Of a stretch of DNA of 64,000 nucleotides, positions 27,687-39,107 are shown piece after piece. This stretch comes from Candidatus Eiseniibacteriota bacterium (GTDB taxonomy: Bacteria; Eisenbacteria; RBG-16-71-46; CAVPCR01), in assembly GCA_963702435.1 (NCBI GenBank), contig CAVPCR010000002.1:480001-544000 (forward strand), given 5' to 3'. Made by a program: the position numbers and the translations under genes. The notes under the pieces are model-generated. The model was given only the letters and a program-made list of their open reading frames with translations, was not told the DNA's origin and searched no databases. The first letter of the stretch is position 1. Each line of letters starts with the position of its first letter.

Positions 27687-29660
27687 CTAGAAAGCCTGCC
27701 CCAGGCTCAGGTGCCACTCGCCGCCGCTCGTGGCGCGCACGATGCGCTCGGGCTCCCCGCGCACGAGCGGGTGCCCGTAGTCGACGCGGAGCGGCCCCAC
27801 CGGTGTGCCGAGCCGGAGCCCGCCGCCCGTCGTGTAGCGTACATCCTCGATCGTCGCGTCGTTCAGATCGGGAAAGAAATTGGCGAGGCTCAGGTCGGCG
27901 GCCTCCTCCCACACGTTCCCGCCGTCGAGGAAGATGGCCCCGGAGAGGCGCCAGGCGAGCGGGAAGCGGAGCTCCACGTTGCCGACCAGGACGAAGAGGC
28001 CGCGGAGCGTGGCCGGGTCCTCCTGGTCGGGCGCGAGGAGCTGCGGTCCGAGCGAGTCCTCCGGATATCCGCGCACCGTCACCGCGCCGCCCGCGCGGAA
28101 GCGATCCTCGAACGGCACCTGGCTCTGCGGGGTCATCCCCTCCGGCACCGCGAACACGTGGATCCAGCCGCCGCGGAGCCGCGTGGCGAGCACGAAGTCG
28201 CCGAGCGGGCGATACCAGCTCGAGGTGAGGCTCAGCTTGAAGAAGTCGGAGGTGCCGCCGATGGCGCCGCCCGCGATCTCCGAGAACACGCTCTGGAACG
28301 AGCCGACCGCGGGGTCGAACGGATTGTCCCGGCGGTCGCGCTCGAGCAGGAAGTCGAGCGAGCGGGTGGTGAAGTCCCGGGTCGTATCGCCGGCCGCAGT
28401 CGTGTAGTCCTGGGTCACCCAGCGGTGCTCGAAGGCGGAGCGGATGCGGCCGCGGCGGCCGAGCTTCCGCTCGACGGCGAGCGCGGCGCCCGCCGCCTCC
28501 TCGGTGCCGGTGGCCTCGACCGGCCCGTCCGCCGTCTGCACGGTCGGGAGCCGCGAGGCCTGCCGGAAGATGCTCGCCGAGCCGATCGTGCGGGTAGTGA
28601 AGAGGCGCGGCTCGATGAAGGTGAGCTCGACCGCGCTCTCCCCGATCGCCGCGATCTCGGGATCGAACAGCGCATCCACGTCGAAGGCGACCCGGCTCCG
28701 CGCCACCAGCCGCTGCGCGTTGCCGAGGATGTTGCGGTGGCCGACCTCCCCCGACAGGCGGACCTGGTTCGACGAGTTGTAGCCGACGCCGCCGAGCACC
28801 CAGCCCATCTTGCGCTCGACGACGGTCACCTTGAGATCCATGAGCGGCGGGGGCATGGTCGAGTCGATGACCACGGGCTCGACCCGCGCGTCGCGGAAGA
28901 GGCCGGTCTCGAGGAGCTGCTCGCGGCTCTCGAGCAGGCGGCTCCGGCGGAGGAGATCGCCGCGCTCGAGTGTGAGCTCGCGCTCGACCACGTACCCCTT
29001 GGTCCGCTGGTTGCCGACCACTTCGACCGTGTGCACGCGGGTGCCGGGCGCCTCCTGGATCGCGAAAGCGACGCGCGCGCCGAGCGAGTCGATGATCACC
29101 GAGTCGGCCACGATCGTGTAGGGCCGGCCGCGATCGGCGTAGAGCTCGACGATCTTCAGACGATCCAGCTCGACCCGGTTCGCCGCATAGGGGGCGCCGA
29201 CCTGCGTGCGCACGGCGTCGGCCAGCACCTCGCGCTTGACGGCGCGGTTGCCGACGAACTCGACCGCGGTCACCGCGGTCAGCGCACCCTCGGTCACGCG
29301 GATCACGACCCGGACCCGATCCGCGGTCACCGGCTGGGTGGGAGCGAGGAGATCGGCGCGGGCGTCGAGGTAACCCTGACTCCGGTAGTAGGCCTCGATG
29401 CGTTTGAGATCGTCGAGCGCGATGTCGCGGCGATAGGGAGCGCTCGAGAACGGACGCCATCTCGACTTCGCCCGCGTGCGCATGAGATCGCGCAGCCGGC
29501 CCGGAGCGACTTGCTCGGCGCCGAGGATCTCGATCTTCTCGACCTGGACGAGCTCGCGCGCGGCGAGCGCGGGCGCGGCCGGAAGGGCCGCCGCCGCCAG
29601 GGCGAGGAGGACGGCGAGGGCGAGACGGGGGATCAGCGGGACGCCATCGCGATCGCTCAC
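27687..29660 (-). CDS. Omp85 family outer-membrane protein (TamA/BamA-like)
   Basis: Signal peptide, ~3 POTRA domains, TVRGY, GNVELRFP, TPVGPLRVDYG, C-terminal F. Confidence 0.88.
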   Translation of the reverse strand: MSDRDGVPLIPRLALAVLLALAAAALPAAPALAARELVQVEKIEILGAEQVAPGRLRDLMRTRAKSRWRPFSSAPYRRDIALDDLKRIEAYYRSQGYLDARADLLAPTQPVTADRVRVVIRVTEGALTAVTAVEFVGNRAVKREVLADAVRTQVGAPYAANRVELDRLKIVELYADRGRPYTIVADSVIIDSLGARVAFAIQEAPGTRVHTVEVVGNQRTKGYVVERELTLERGDLLRRSRLLESREQLLETGLFRDARVEPVVIDSTMPPPLMDLKVTVVERKMGWVLGGVGYNSSNQVRLSGEVGHRNILGNAQRLVARSRVAFDVDALFDPEIAAIGESAVELTFIEPRLFTTRTIGSASIFRQASRLPTVQTADGPVEATGTEEAAGAALAVERKLGRRGRIRSAFEHRWVTQDYTTAAGDTTRDFTTRSLDFLLERDRRDNPFDPAVGSFQSVFSEIAGGAIGGTSDFFKLSLTSSWYRPLGDFVLATRLRGGWIHVFAVPEGMTPQSQVPFEDRFRAGGAVTVRGYPEDSLGPQLLAPDQEDPATLRGLFVLVGNVELRFPLAWRLSGAIFLDGGNVWEEAADLSLANFFPDLNDATIEDVRYTTGGGLRLGTPVGPLRVDYGHPLVRGEPERIVRATSGGEWHLSLGQAF

Positions 29661-30997
29661 GGCGATTGGCTGGCGGGCACCTGGCGATCGAGATCCTGGC
29701 GTCCACGCGCCCGCTCGAACTGGCGGATCGCGTCGTTCGCCACCGAGAACACGATGAGGCCGCCGATCAGCACGAGCCCGACCTTCTGGAACGCGAGCTG
29801 GCTGCGATCCGACAGGCGCCGGCCGCGGAGGCCCTCGATCAGGTAGAAGAAGGCATGCCCCCCGTCGAGCACGGGGATCGGCAGCAGGTTGAGCGCCATG
29901 AGCGCGATCGAGATGAAGGCGATGAAATAGAGGAGGCGCCCGCTGCCGCGCTCGGCGGAGCTGCCGGCGATCTGCGCGATCGTGATCGGACCGGCCACCT
30001 GCCGCGCGGCCTGGCGCGGGGAGCTCACGAGGTCGGCGAAGCCGCGGTAGGTGAGCCCGATCGTGTGCCAGGTCTGGATGAAGCCGGCCCGGATCGCCTG
30101 CCCCGGCGGCATGGTGACGGTCACCGTGGGCAGGGTGATGCCGATGACGCCGATCATCTCGCCCGTCTCCTCGTCCTTCTGGCCGATCGTGCGCACCGCC
30201 GCCGTGTACCGCTGCCCGCCGCGCTCGAACACGAGCTCCACCTTCTCGTCCGGACGCTTGTTGATGAGCTTCCGCATCTCCTCCCACGTGGTCACCGGCA
30301 CGCCGTCCACGCTCACCACGCGGTCCCCCGGCTTGAGCCCGGCCTGATCGGCCGGCATGCTGGGCGCGACGTCGCCGACCACCGATTCGATGTGCGGCGT
30401 GAGTCCGGCCTGCACCGGGGCGGCCTGGCCGGCCGGGACCGTGAGGTTGGCCGGCCCGCTCGCCCGCGCCACGGTGACCGGGATCGGCGCGTCCGCGGGC
30501 GCCTCCTCGAGCGCGAGGAAGAGATCGTCCCAGGTCGCGACCGGCTGCCCGGAGACCGCGATCACCCGATCGCCCGCCTGGAAACCGGCGGTCGCCGCCG
30601 CCGCGGTGGCCTCTGCAACCACGTTCGGCGCGGTCGGCACCGGGATACCGACGAACCCGACCAGGCAGTTGGCAACGAGCGCCAGCACGAAGTTGGCGAG
30701 CGGGCCGGCGACCACGATGGCCACGCGCTTGGCCCAGTGCTGCGCCAGGAACTCGTCGGGCGCCCCGGTCGCTCCTTCCTCGCCCACGTGCTCGCCGGCC
30801 ATCTTGACGTAGCCGCCGAGCGGCACCGCCGAGATCGCATAGACCGTATCCCCGATCTTCCTGGCCAGGAGCGAGGGGCCGAACCCGATCGAGAACTTCT
30901 CGACCCGCACGCCGAAGCCGCGGGCGACGAGGAAGTGGCCGAGCTCGTGGATCAGCACGACGAGGCCGAGCACCATGATGCCGATGAGGATGGTCAT
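29657..30997 (-). CDS. rseP: RIP metalloprotease RseP
   Basis: HELGH, two PDZ domains, NLLPIPVLDGGH. Confidence 0.95.
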   Translation of the reverse strand: MTILIGIMVLGLVVLIHELGHFLVARGFGVRVEKFSIGFGPSLLARKIGDTVYAISAVPLGGYVKMAGEHVGEEGATGAPDEFLAQHWAKRVAIVVAGPLANFVLALVANCLVGFVGIPVPTAPNVVAEATAAAATAGFQAGDRVIAVSGQPVATWDDLFLALEEAPADAPIPVTVARASGPANLTVPAGQAAPVQAGLTPHIESVVGDVAPSMPADQAGLKPGDRVVSVDGVPVTTWEEMRKLINKRPDEKVELVFERGGQRYTAAVRTIGQKDEETGEMIGVIGITLPTVTVTMPPGQAIRAGFIQTWHTIGLTYRGFADLVSSPRQAARQVAGPITIAQIAGSSAERGSGRLLYFIAFISIALMALNLLPIPVLDGGHAFFYLIEGLRGRRLSDRSQLAFQKVGLVLIGGLIVFSVANDAIRQFERARGRQDLDRQVPASQSP

Positions 30998-32205
30998 ATC
31001 GTTTCCCCGGGCAGGACGGAGGGCAAGACGGCGGGGGCGCCGCCGAGGCGCGCCGCGACGGCCGCGCGGGCGGCCCGGTCGGCGGCGAGGATCGCATCGA
31101 GGCTCGTCGCCGGGCGCGGCACGTGTTCCTCGACGATCTCGGCGAGCAGCCCCGGCAGCTCCGAGAAGTGGATCTGGCCCGCGATCAACGCCTGGACGAG
31201 CGCCTCGTCGGCGGCGTTGAGCACGGCCGGCACGGTGCCGCCGCGCTCGGCCGCCGCCATGGCGAGGGCGAGGCAGGGGAAGCGCTCGGTGTCGGGTTCC
31301 TCGAAGGTGAGCGTGCCGATCCGCGCGAGGTCGAGCGGCGCCCACGTCGCCGGCCAGCGTTCGGGATAGGACAGGGCATACTGGATCGGAATGCGCATAT
31401 CGGGACTCGACAGGAGCGCGAGGTACGAACCGTCTGTGAGCTCGAGCATGGCGTGCACGATCGACTGCGGGTGCACGAGCACCTGGATCCGCGCGAGCGG
31501 GAGGCCGAACAGCCACCGCGCCTCGATCACCTCGAACCCCTTGTTGAGGAGGGTGGCCGAATCCACGGTGATGCGCGGCCCCATCGCCCATGTCGGATGG
31601 TTCAACACCTCGGCGAGCGTGGCGTTCCGGATCTCATCCCCGGTGCGGGTACGGAAGGGGCCGCCGGAGGCGGTCAGCACGAGCCGCGCCACCTCGGCGT
31701 CTCCGGTCCGGGCCAGGCACTGGAGGGCCGCATTGTGTTCGGAATCGACGGGCACGATCTCGGCTCCCGTCCGCCGCGCCGCGGCCGTCAGGAGCTCGCC
31801 GGCGATGACGAGGCTCTCCTTGTTGGCGAGAGCCAGGGTCTTCCCGGCCTCGACCACGGCCAGCGAGGCGCGGAGCCCGGCCGCGCCCACGATCGCGTTG
31901 AGGACGATATCGGCATCCGGGGTCCGGGCCAGAGCGAGGATCTCCTCCTCGCCGCCCGGGAGGCCGTGGGTGGCGGCCGCCTCCGGATCGGCGAGCGCGA
32001 TCCGCCGCACTCCGAACCGATCGGCCTGGGCGGCGAGGGCGGCCGCCTGCCGGTTCGCTGCGAGCCCGATCACCGCGAGCTCCTGCGGGCAGCGGGCGAC
32101 CACCTCGAGGGCGCTTTGCCCCACCGATCCGGTCGACCCGAGAACGACGAGGCGCCGCCGCCGACCCGAACGGACCCCGGTTTCGTGATCGGGCGCCCGG
32201 CGCAT
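30994..32205 (-). CDS. dxr: 1-deoxy-D-xylulose-5-phosphate reductoisomerase
   Basis: LGSTGSVG, LANKESL, PVDSEH, HPTWAMG, NKGFEVIEA. Confidence 0.97.
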   Translation of the reverse strand: MRRAPDHETGVRSGRRRRLVVLGSTGSVGQSALEVVARCPQELAVIGLAANRQAAALAAQADRFGVRRIALADPEAAATHGLPGGEEEILALARTPDADIVLNAIVGAAGLRASLAVVEAGKTLALANKESLVIAGELLTAAARRTGAEIVPVDSEHNAALQCLARTGDAEVARLVLTASGGPFRTRTGDEIRNATLAEVLNHPTWAMGPRITVDSATLLNKGFEVIEARWLFGLPLARIQVLVHPQSIVHAMLELTDGSYLALLSSPDMRIPIQYALSYPERWPATWAPLDLARIGTLTFEEPDTERFPCLALAMAAAERGGTVPAVLNAADEALVQALIAGQIHFSELPGLLAEIVEEHVPRPATSLDAILAADRAARAAVAARLGGAPAVLPSVLPGETI

Positions 32206-32252
32206 CAACGGCTCTCCTCGCTCATCGCGATCGTGCGCTCCCCGCTCGCGGT

Positions 32253-33122
32253 TCACAGCAGAATCCCGCGGAGCACATAGTAGAACGTCGGCGCGGCGAA
32301 CAGGATCGAATCGAAACGATCGAGCACGCCGCCGTGCCCGGGAATGGTCATCGCAGCGGCCGAGTCCTTGCAAGCTGCATCGCGCTTGAGGAGCGACTCG
32401 ACGAGATCGCCGAGCATGCTGCTCACCGCAATGAGCAGGCCGAGGAGGAAACCCCGGCCCGGACCGATCGGCACGAAGGTGAGCGCCCCCGCGACCCCGA
32501 GCGCACCGCCGGCCGCGATCCCGCCGATCGCGCCCTCGACCGACTTCCTGGGACTCACCGCCGGCAACAGGGCGTGCCGGCCCCAGGCCCGGCCGGTCAG
32601 ATAGGCGCCGGTATCGGTGCCCCACGTACACAGGAAGAGGAAGAGTACGAACTGCCCGCCCAGCGCGTAGTCGAGTCCGGCGAGCAGCGGCAACTCGCGC
32701 AAGAATACCAGATGGCTCCCGAGCCAGGCGACGTAGAAGACGCCGAACAGCGTGCCGCCGATCGCACCCACCGCACCGCGGTGATCGCTCTGGAAGAGCT
32801 CGCTCACCATGGTGATGAGCAGCACAAGGGTGAGGAGCAGGTTCGCGTGCACCCCCACCTCGAAGTACGCGGAGACGACGAGGAGGAGGCCGGCGGCGAC
32901 ACCGAGGCCGCGATAGGGCCGCTCGCCCTTCGCCGCGAGCAACCGGTAGAACTCGAGGAGACCGAGGAAGACGAAGAGCAGGACGAAGCCCAGGTAGAAG
33001 AGGCCGCCATGCAGCGCGAGCAGGATGAGGACGGGGACGAAGACGGCCCCGGAGGTGAGGCGGAGGAGGAGTGAATCCCGGCCCGCGCGTGCGGCCGGCG
33101 CCGCCTCACTCGACGCGGCCAA
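32253..33122 (-). CDS. cdsA: phosphatidate cytidylyltransferase
   Basis: DTGAY, SPRKSVEG, GDLVESLLKR, PGHGGVLDRFDS. Confidence 0.95.
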   Translation of the reverse strand: MAASSEAAPAARAGRDSLLLRLTSGAVFVPVLILLALHGGLFYLGFVLLFVFLGLLEFYRLLAAKGERPYRGLGVAAGLLLVVSAYFEVGVHANLLLTLVLLITMVSELFQSDHRGAVGAIGGTLFGVFYVAWLGSHLVFLRELPLLAGLDYALGGQFVLFLFLCTWGTDTGAYLTGRAWGRHALLPAVSPRKSVEGAIGGIAAGGALGVAGALTFVPIGPGRGFLLGLLIAVSSMLGDLVESLLKRDAACKDSAAAMTIPGHGGVLDRFDSILFAAPTFYYVLRGILL

Positions 33123-33858
33123 AGCGACGCTCTCGCCGGTTGTACTCCGCGACCGCGGCGCGCAGATGGTCGCCGCGGAAATCGGGCCACATGACCGGAG
33201 TGATGTAGATCTCGGCATAGGCGAGCTGCCAGAGGAGGAAGTTCGAGATCCGCATCTCACCGCTCGTGCGGATGAGGAGATCGGGATCGGGGATGTCGGC
33301 GGTCATGAGGCGCGCCGTGAGGTCCCCTGGGCCGATCCGCTCCGGGGCGAGCCGGCCGTCGATGCAATCCCGGGCTAAGCTCCGCGCGGCATCCACGATC
33401 TCGTCGCGGCCGCCGTAGGAGAGGGCGAGAACGAGGGTAAGCCCGGTCGAGTCCTTGAGGAAGTCGATCGTCTCCACGAGCACACGCTGCACCGAGGCGG
33501 GGAGTTCGCCGAGGTGCCCGATCGCGCGCAGCCGCACGTTCGAGCGCTTGAGCTCCTCCCGCTCCTCCACCAGTGTGGCGTCGAGGAAGCGCATGAGGGC
33601 GTCCACCTCGAGGCGCGGGCGACTCCAGTTCTCGCTCGAAAAGGTGTAGAGCGTCAGGTACTCGATGCCCAGCTCGCTCGCCGCCTCCACCACCGCGCGC
33701 ACCGACTTCCGGCCCTCGCGATGGCCCCAGATGCGTGGCATCCCGCGCTGCTGCGCCCAGCGCCCGTTGCCATCCATGATGATGGCGACGTGGCGCGGGA
33801 TCTTCTTGAGCGCGGGCTCCCCCGCCGGCATCTCCATGTGACTCTTTGCTTCGTGCAT
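33106..33858 (-). CDS. uppS: undecaprenyl diphosphate synthase
   Basis: HVAIIMDGNGRWA, FSSENW, RTSGEMRISNFLLWQ. Confidence 0.97.
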   Translation of the reverse strand: MHEAKSHMEMPAGEPALKKIPRHVAIIMDGNGRWAQQRGMPRIWGHREGRKSVRAVVEAASELGIEYLTLYTFSSENWSRPRLEVDALMRFLDATLVEEREELKRSNVRLRAIGHLGELPASVQRVLVETIDFLKDSTGLTLVLALSYGGRDEIVDAARSLARDCIDGRLAPERIGPGDLTARLMTADIPDPDLLIRTSGEMRISNFLLWQLAYAEIYITPVMWPDFRGDHLRAAVAEYNRRERRFGRVE

Positions 33859-33934
33859 CGGTCGCGCGGCCGTGGGCCCGCCGGCCGACCCTCGAGACCC
33901 GGGGCCGTGCGGCCGCGAGAGAGGGCGGCAGGAG

Positions 33935-34480
33935 CTAGACCTCCATGATCTCGAGCCGCTTCTTCTCGAGGATCTCGTCGAGCCGCTTGATCGACTGGTC
34001 GGTGTGCTTCTGCACCTCGCCCATCGACCGGTGCGAGTCGTCGGCGCTCAGCTTGCCGTCGTGCTCCTGCTTCTTGATCTCCTCGTTGACCTCGCGCCGG
34101 ACGTTGCGGACGGCCACCTTGCCGTCCTCGACCAGCTTCGAGGCGTGCTTGACGAGCTGCTTCCGCCGCTCCTCGTTGAGCGGCGGGATCGGGAGCCGGA
34201 TCACGGTGCCGTCACTCGACGGGTTGAGCCCGAGATCGGTCTTCTGGATCGCCTTCACCACGTCGAGCAGGATCGTTTTCTCGTACGGCTGCACGAGGAG
34301 GAGCCGCGGCTCGGGCACGGTGATCGCCGCGATCGTGTTGAGGGCGGTGGGATTGCCGTAGTAAGGAACCTTCACTCCATCGAGGAGGGCGGGCGAGGCG
34401 CGTCCGGTACGGATCTGGGCCAGCTCATGTCGAACGTGCTCGACCGCTTTCGCCATCCTCTCCTCAGCCTTCTTGTCCAC
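33935..34480 (-). CDS. frr: ribosome recycling factor
   Basis: IRTGRASP, PPLNEERR, VRNVRR. Confidence 0.97.
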   Translation of the reverse strand: MDKKAEERMAKAVEHVRHELAQIRTGRASPALLDGVKVPYYGNPTALNTIAAITVPEPRLLLVQPYEKTILLDVVKAIQKTDLGLNPSSDGTVIRLPIPPLNEERRKQLVKHASKLVEDGKVAVRNVRREVNEEIKKQEHDGKLSADDSHRSMGEVQKHTDQSIKRLDEILEKKRLEIMEV

Positions 34481-34481
34481 G

Positions 34482-35204
34482 TCACGCTCCTACCGAAACG
34501 AGGGTCCCCACCTTCTCCCCGAGCACCACGCGCTTGACGTTGCCGCGTTGCGTCAGGTTGAAGACCACGAGTGGAAGCTTGTTGTCCATGCACAGCGAGA
34601 TGGCGGCCTTGTCCATCACGTTGAGGCCGCGGCTCAGCACATCGAGGTAATCGAGGCGCTCGTAGAAGATCGCGCTCGGATCGAGCATCGGATCGGCGCT
34701 GTACACGCCGTCGACCTTGGTCGCCTTGAGGATGACGTCGGCCTCGATCTCGATCCCGCGGAGCACGGCGGCGGTGTCGGTCGTGAAGTACGGGTTCCCG
34801 GTGCCCCCGGCCATGATCACCACCCGCCCCTTCTCCAGATGGCGGATGGCGCGCCGGCGGATGAAGGGTTCGCAGAGCTGCTGCATGGTGATCGCCGACT
34901 GCACCCGGGTGTACACCCCGCTCCGCTCGAGCTGATCCTGGAGCGCGAGGGCGTTGATGACCGTGGCCAGCATGCCCATGTAGTCGGCATTGACCCGGTC
35001 CATGCCCTCGGCGGAGGCGCGGAGGCCGCGGAAGATGTTGCCGCCGCCGATGACGATGCCGATCTGGGTGCCGAGCGCATGCACCCCGGCCACTTCCTCG
35101 GCGATCTGCACGAGCCGCCGGGGCTCGATGCCGAAGCCCTGCTCTCCCGCGAGCACCTCGCCGGAGAGCTTGAGGAGGATGCGCTTGAATCGGGCTCCGG
35201 CCAA
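34482..35204 (-). CDS. pyrH: UMP kinase
   Basis: [25 protein letters not shown]. Confidence 0.97.
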   Translation of the reverse strand: MAGARFKRILLKLSGEVLAGEQGFGIEPRRLVQIAEEVAGVHALGTQIGIVIGGGNIFRGLRASAEGMDRVNADYMGMLATVINALALQDQLERSGVYTRVQSAITMQQLCEPFIRRRAIRHLEKGRVVIMAGGTGNPYFTTDTAAVLRGIEIEADVILKATKVDGVYSADPMLDPSAIFYERLDYLDVLSRGLNVMDKAAISLCMDNKLPLVVFNLTQRGNVKRVVLGEKVGTLVSVGA

Positions 35205-35276
35205 CTCGACCTCCGGGCGCGGACGACGCGGCGCCGCCGGCGGGCGGGTCCGCAGGCGCGGCCCGCCGGCCAGAGC

Positions 35277-35882
35277 CTACTCCTCGCCGAGGCGGAACTT
35301 GGCGAAGCGGCGCACGGTGATGTTCTCACCGAACTGGGCGATCGCCGCGGTGACCACGTCCTTCACCCTGCGCTCGGGATCGCGCATGTAGGGCTGCTCG
35401 AGAAGCACCACGTCGGAGAAGAACTTCTCGATCTTGCCTTCCACGATCTTCTCGGTGACCGCCGCCGGCTTGCCCATGGCCGCGACCTGCGCGGCGAAGA
35501 TCTCGCGCTCCTTGGCGACGCGCGCCGCCGGCAGCTGGTCCCGCTCGACGGCCACGGCCTCGGTGGCGGCCGCCTGCATGGCCAGCTCGCGGCACAGGCT
35601 CTGGAACTCGTCGGTGCGCGCCACGAAATCGGTCTCGCAGCCGATCTCGATCATCACGCCGACCCGGCCGCCCGGATGGATGTAGGCGTAGACCTGCCCC
35701 TCGCGGGTCTCGCGCCCGGAGCGCTTGCCCGCATCCGACAGGCCCTTCTTGCGCAGGTGCTCTTCGGCCGCCTGGATGTCGCCGCCGGTTGCGGCCAGCG
35801 CCTTCTTGCAGTCCATCATGCCGGCGCCCGTCTTCACGCGCAGATCGCGCACGAGAGTGGCGCTGATCGTTTCCCCGCTCAT
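35277..35882 (-). CDS. tsf: elongation factor Ts (short ~200-aa type)
   Basis: LRVKTGAGMMDCKKAL, CETDFVA. Confidence 0.97.
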   Translation of the reverse strand: MSGETISATLVRDLRVKTGAGMMDCKKALAATGGDIQAAEEHLRKKGLSDAGKRSGRETREGQVYAYIHPGGRVGVMIEIGCETDFVARTDEFQSLCRELAMQAAATEAVAVERDQLPAARVAKEREIFAAQVAAMGKPAAVTEKIVEGKIEKFFSDVVLLEQPYMRDPERRVKDVVTAAIAQFGENITVRRFAKFRLGEE

Positions 35883-35917
35883 GGTTCCCCCGCTCCGCGC
35901 ATGCGTTGCCGCGCGCT

Positions 35918-36709
35918 TCAGACCCCCGGCGGCGCGAGCGCCGGCTCTGCCGCCGCCATCACCGCCGCTTGCGGCTCCGGCCGCCCTGCCCCCTCGCCGC
36001 CGCTCGGGGCCACCGCCTCGCCCTCGGTCATCTCGCTCCGGACCTTGAGCACGGCGTCGCCGACCATCCGTGCGTAGAGCTCGATGGCGCGCAGCGCATC
36101 ATCGTTGCCGGGAATAGGATAGTTGATCGGATCGGGATCGCAGTTGGTATCGACGACACCGATGATCGGGATCCCCACCCGGTTGGCCTCGCTGACCGCG
36201 ATCCGCTCGTTCTTGGTGTCGACGATGAAGACGATGGCCGGCAGCTCTTCCATCTGCTTGATCCCCGAGAAGACCTTGTCGAGGCGCGCCCGCTGCTTCT
36301 CGAGGCGCGACACTTCCTTCTTCGCCAACTTCTCGTACGTGCCGTCGGTGGCCATCGCCTCGATCTCGAGCAGACGCTTCACCGAGCTGCGGATGGTCTT
36401 GAAGTTGGTGAGCATGCCGCCGAGCCAGCGCTCGGTGATGTGGTACATGCCGCAGCGCTCGGACTCGCGGATCAAGGGGTCGCGGGCCTGGCGCTTGGTG
36501 CCCACGAAGAGCACCTTGCCGCCACGGCGCGCCACCACCTCGACCGCCTTGCGCGCCTCCTCGAGCGCGGCGAGGGTCTTCTGCAGATCGAGGATGTAAA
36601 TGCCGTTTCGCTCCATGAAGATGTAGTGCTTCATCTTCGGATTCCAGCGCCGCGTCTGGTGCCCGAAGTGCACGCCGGCTTCAAGGAGGTCTCTGAGACC
36701 GATCTCCAT
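35918..36709 (-). CDS. rpsB: 30S ribosomal protein S2
   Basis: LLEAGVHFGHQTRRWNPKM, RWLGGMLTN, PGNDDA. Confidence 0.98.
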   Translation of the reverse strand: MEIGLRDLLEAGVHFGHQTRRWNPKMKHYIFMERNGIYILDLQKTLAALEEARKAVEVVARRGGKVLFVGTKRQARDPLIRESERCGMYHITERWLGGMLTNFKTIRSSVKRLLEIEAMATDGTYEKLAKKEVSRLEKQRARLDKVFSGIKQMEELPAIVFIVDTKNERIAVSEANRVGIPIIGVVDTNCDPDPINYPIPGNDDALRAIELYARMVGDAVLKVRSEMTEGEAVAPSGGEGAGRPEPQAAVMAAAEPALAPPGV

Positions 36710-36882
36710 CCAGTCCTCCGCTGTTCGGTTTCATCCTCCGCCGCCCGGACCGCCCCTGCGGGCGGCAACCGAAGCCAAGAGGCGGCGTGTGTGCTCCGGC
36801 GGTCCCGGCCGCTCCTGGTGGAGATCGAGGCCCGACCGCCGGGGATCGCGGGCCGCTCGGGCCCGCAAACAGGGATGCAGGT

Positions 36883-37272
36883 CTAGCGCTTCGAGAACTG
36901 GAAGCGCTTCCGCGCGCCGGCCTGCCCGTACTTCTTCCGTTCCTTCTCGCGCGCGTCGCGCGTCAGGAAGCCGGCCTTCTGCAGGCTCGGGCGCAGCTCG
37001 GGCACCGCCTTGCACAGGCCGCGCGCGAGCCCGTGCCGGAGCGCGCCGGCCTGGCCGGTCAGGCCGCCGCCGACGACCACCGCTTCGACGTCGAAGCGGT
37101 CCTTGGTCTCGGTCGAGTTGAGCGGGGCGAGGGCCGCGATGACCAGGACCTCGCGCTTGAAGTAGGTCTTCAGGTCACGGCCGTTCACGAGGAGCTTGCC
37201 GGTCCCCGGACGCATGAACACACGAGCCACCGAGCTCTTGCGGCGCCCGGTGACGAGAACCTTGTCCTCCAT
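36883..37272 (-). CDS. rpsI: 30S ribosomal protein S9
   Basis: TGRRKSSVARV...ERKKYG..ARKRFQFSKR. Confidence 0.98.
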   Translation of the reverse strand: MEDKVLVTGRRKSSVARVFMRPGTGKLLVNGRDLKTYFKREVLVIAALAPLNSTETKDRFDVEAVVVGGGLTGQAGALRHGLARGLCKAVPELRPSLQKAGFLTRDAREKERKKYGQAGARKRFQFSKR

Positions 37273-37363
37273 CGACTCTCCTTAGGACTCCTCGGGAGGG
37301 AATTCAGCCCCGCTCGGTTCGTTCCGAGCGGGCTCGATCCGCGCGCGCCGCCTGGCGGCGCGG

Positions 37364-37804
37364 CTAACCCTTGACGGCGAGCGGCGCCGGCTTCTGCGGC
37401 GCGTGCGGATGCTCGGCTCCGCGATACACCTTGAGCTTCCGCATGATGGCGCGACCGAGGCGGTTGCGCGGGATCATGCCGCGCACGGCCAGGCGCACCA
37501 CTTCCTCCGGCTTCTTCGCCATCATCACGGCCACCGGGATGGCGCGCAGCCCGCCCGGGTAGCCGGAATGCCGGTAGTACGTCATCTGCTCGCGCTTGCG
37601 CCCGGTCAGGAGCACGCGCTCCGCGTTGATCACCACGACGTGATCGCCGAGATCGAGGTGCGGCGTGTAGGCAGGCTTGTGCTTGCCCTTGAGCAGCTTC
37701 GCCGCCTCGGAGGCGAGCCGTCCGAGCGGCATGCCCTCGGCGTCGAGGACGACCCAGGCGTGGGCCTGGGCGATGTCATCCTTCTTAGGAATGTAGGTCT
37801 TCAT
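37364..37804 (-). CDS. rplM: 50S ribosomal protein L13
   Basis: LGRLAS, GKHKPAYTPH, YYRHSGYPGG. Confidence 0.98.
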   Translation of the reverse strand: MKTYIPKKDDIAQAHAWVVLDAEGMPLGRLASEAAKLLKGKHKPAYTPHLDLGDHVVVINAERVLLTGRKREQMTYYRHSGYPGGLRAIPVAVMMAKKPEEVVRLAVRGMIPRNRLGRAIMRKLKVYRGAEHPHAPQKPAPLAVKG

Positions 37805-37936
37805 GCAAACTTCTTCCCATGCGTCCGAAAGAGGCCGCACCCGCCAAGGCGCAAAACCCCACGACCCGAGCGGCTGCTTCGTGGAGACCGACGGGTCCTC
37901 AGGATGCGCGAGCAGGGCAAGATAGCCGGACCGCGG

Positions 37937-37966
37937 AAGTTAGCAGCCCGGAGCGAGGGCTGTCAA
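37937..37966 (-). promoter_or_regulatory. sigma70-type promoter of rplM-rpsI
   Basis: TTGACA-18 bp-TAACTT with an extended TG. Confidence 0.6.
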
Positions 37967-38018
37967 CGGCTTCATCCGCCCCTTCCCGGGCCCGCCGGAT
38001 GGCGAGCGGACCGTTGCG

Positions 38019-39103
<1,085 letters not shown>

Positions 39104-39107
<4 letters not shown>

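Noticed and set aside
27687..31591. Apparent long N-terminal extensions or fusions of Omp85, RseP and other operon genes
   Set aside because: Upstream extensions overlap neighbouring genes in another frame; true starts are internal
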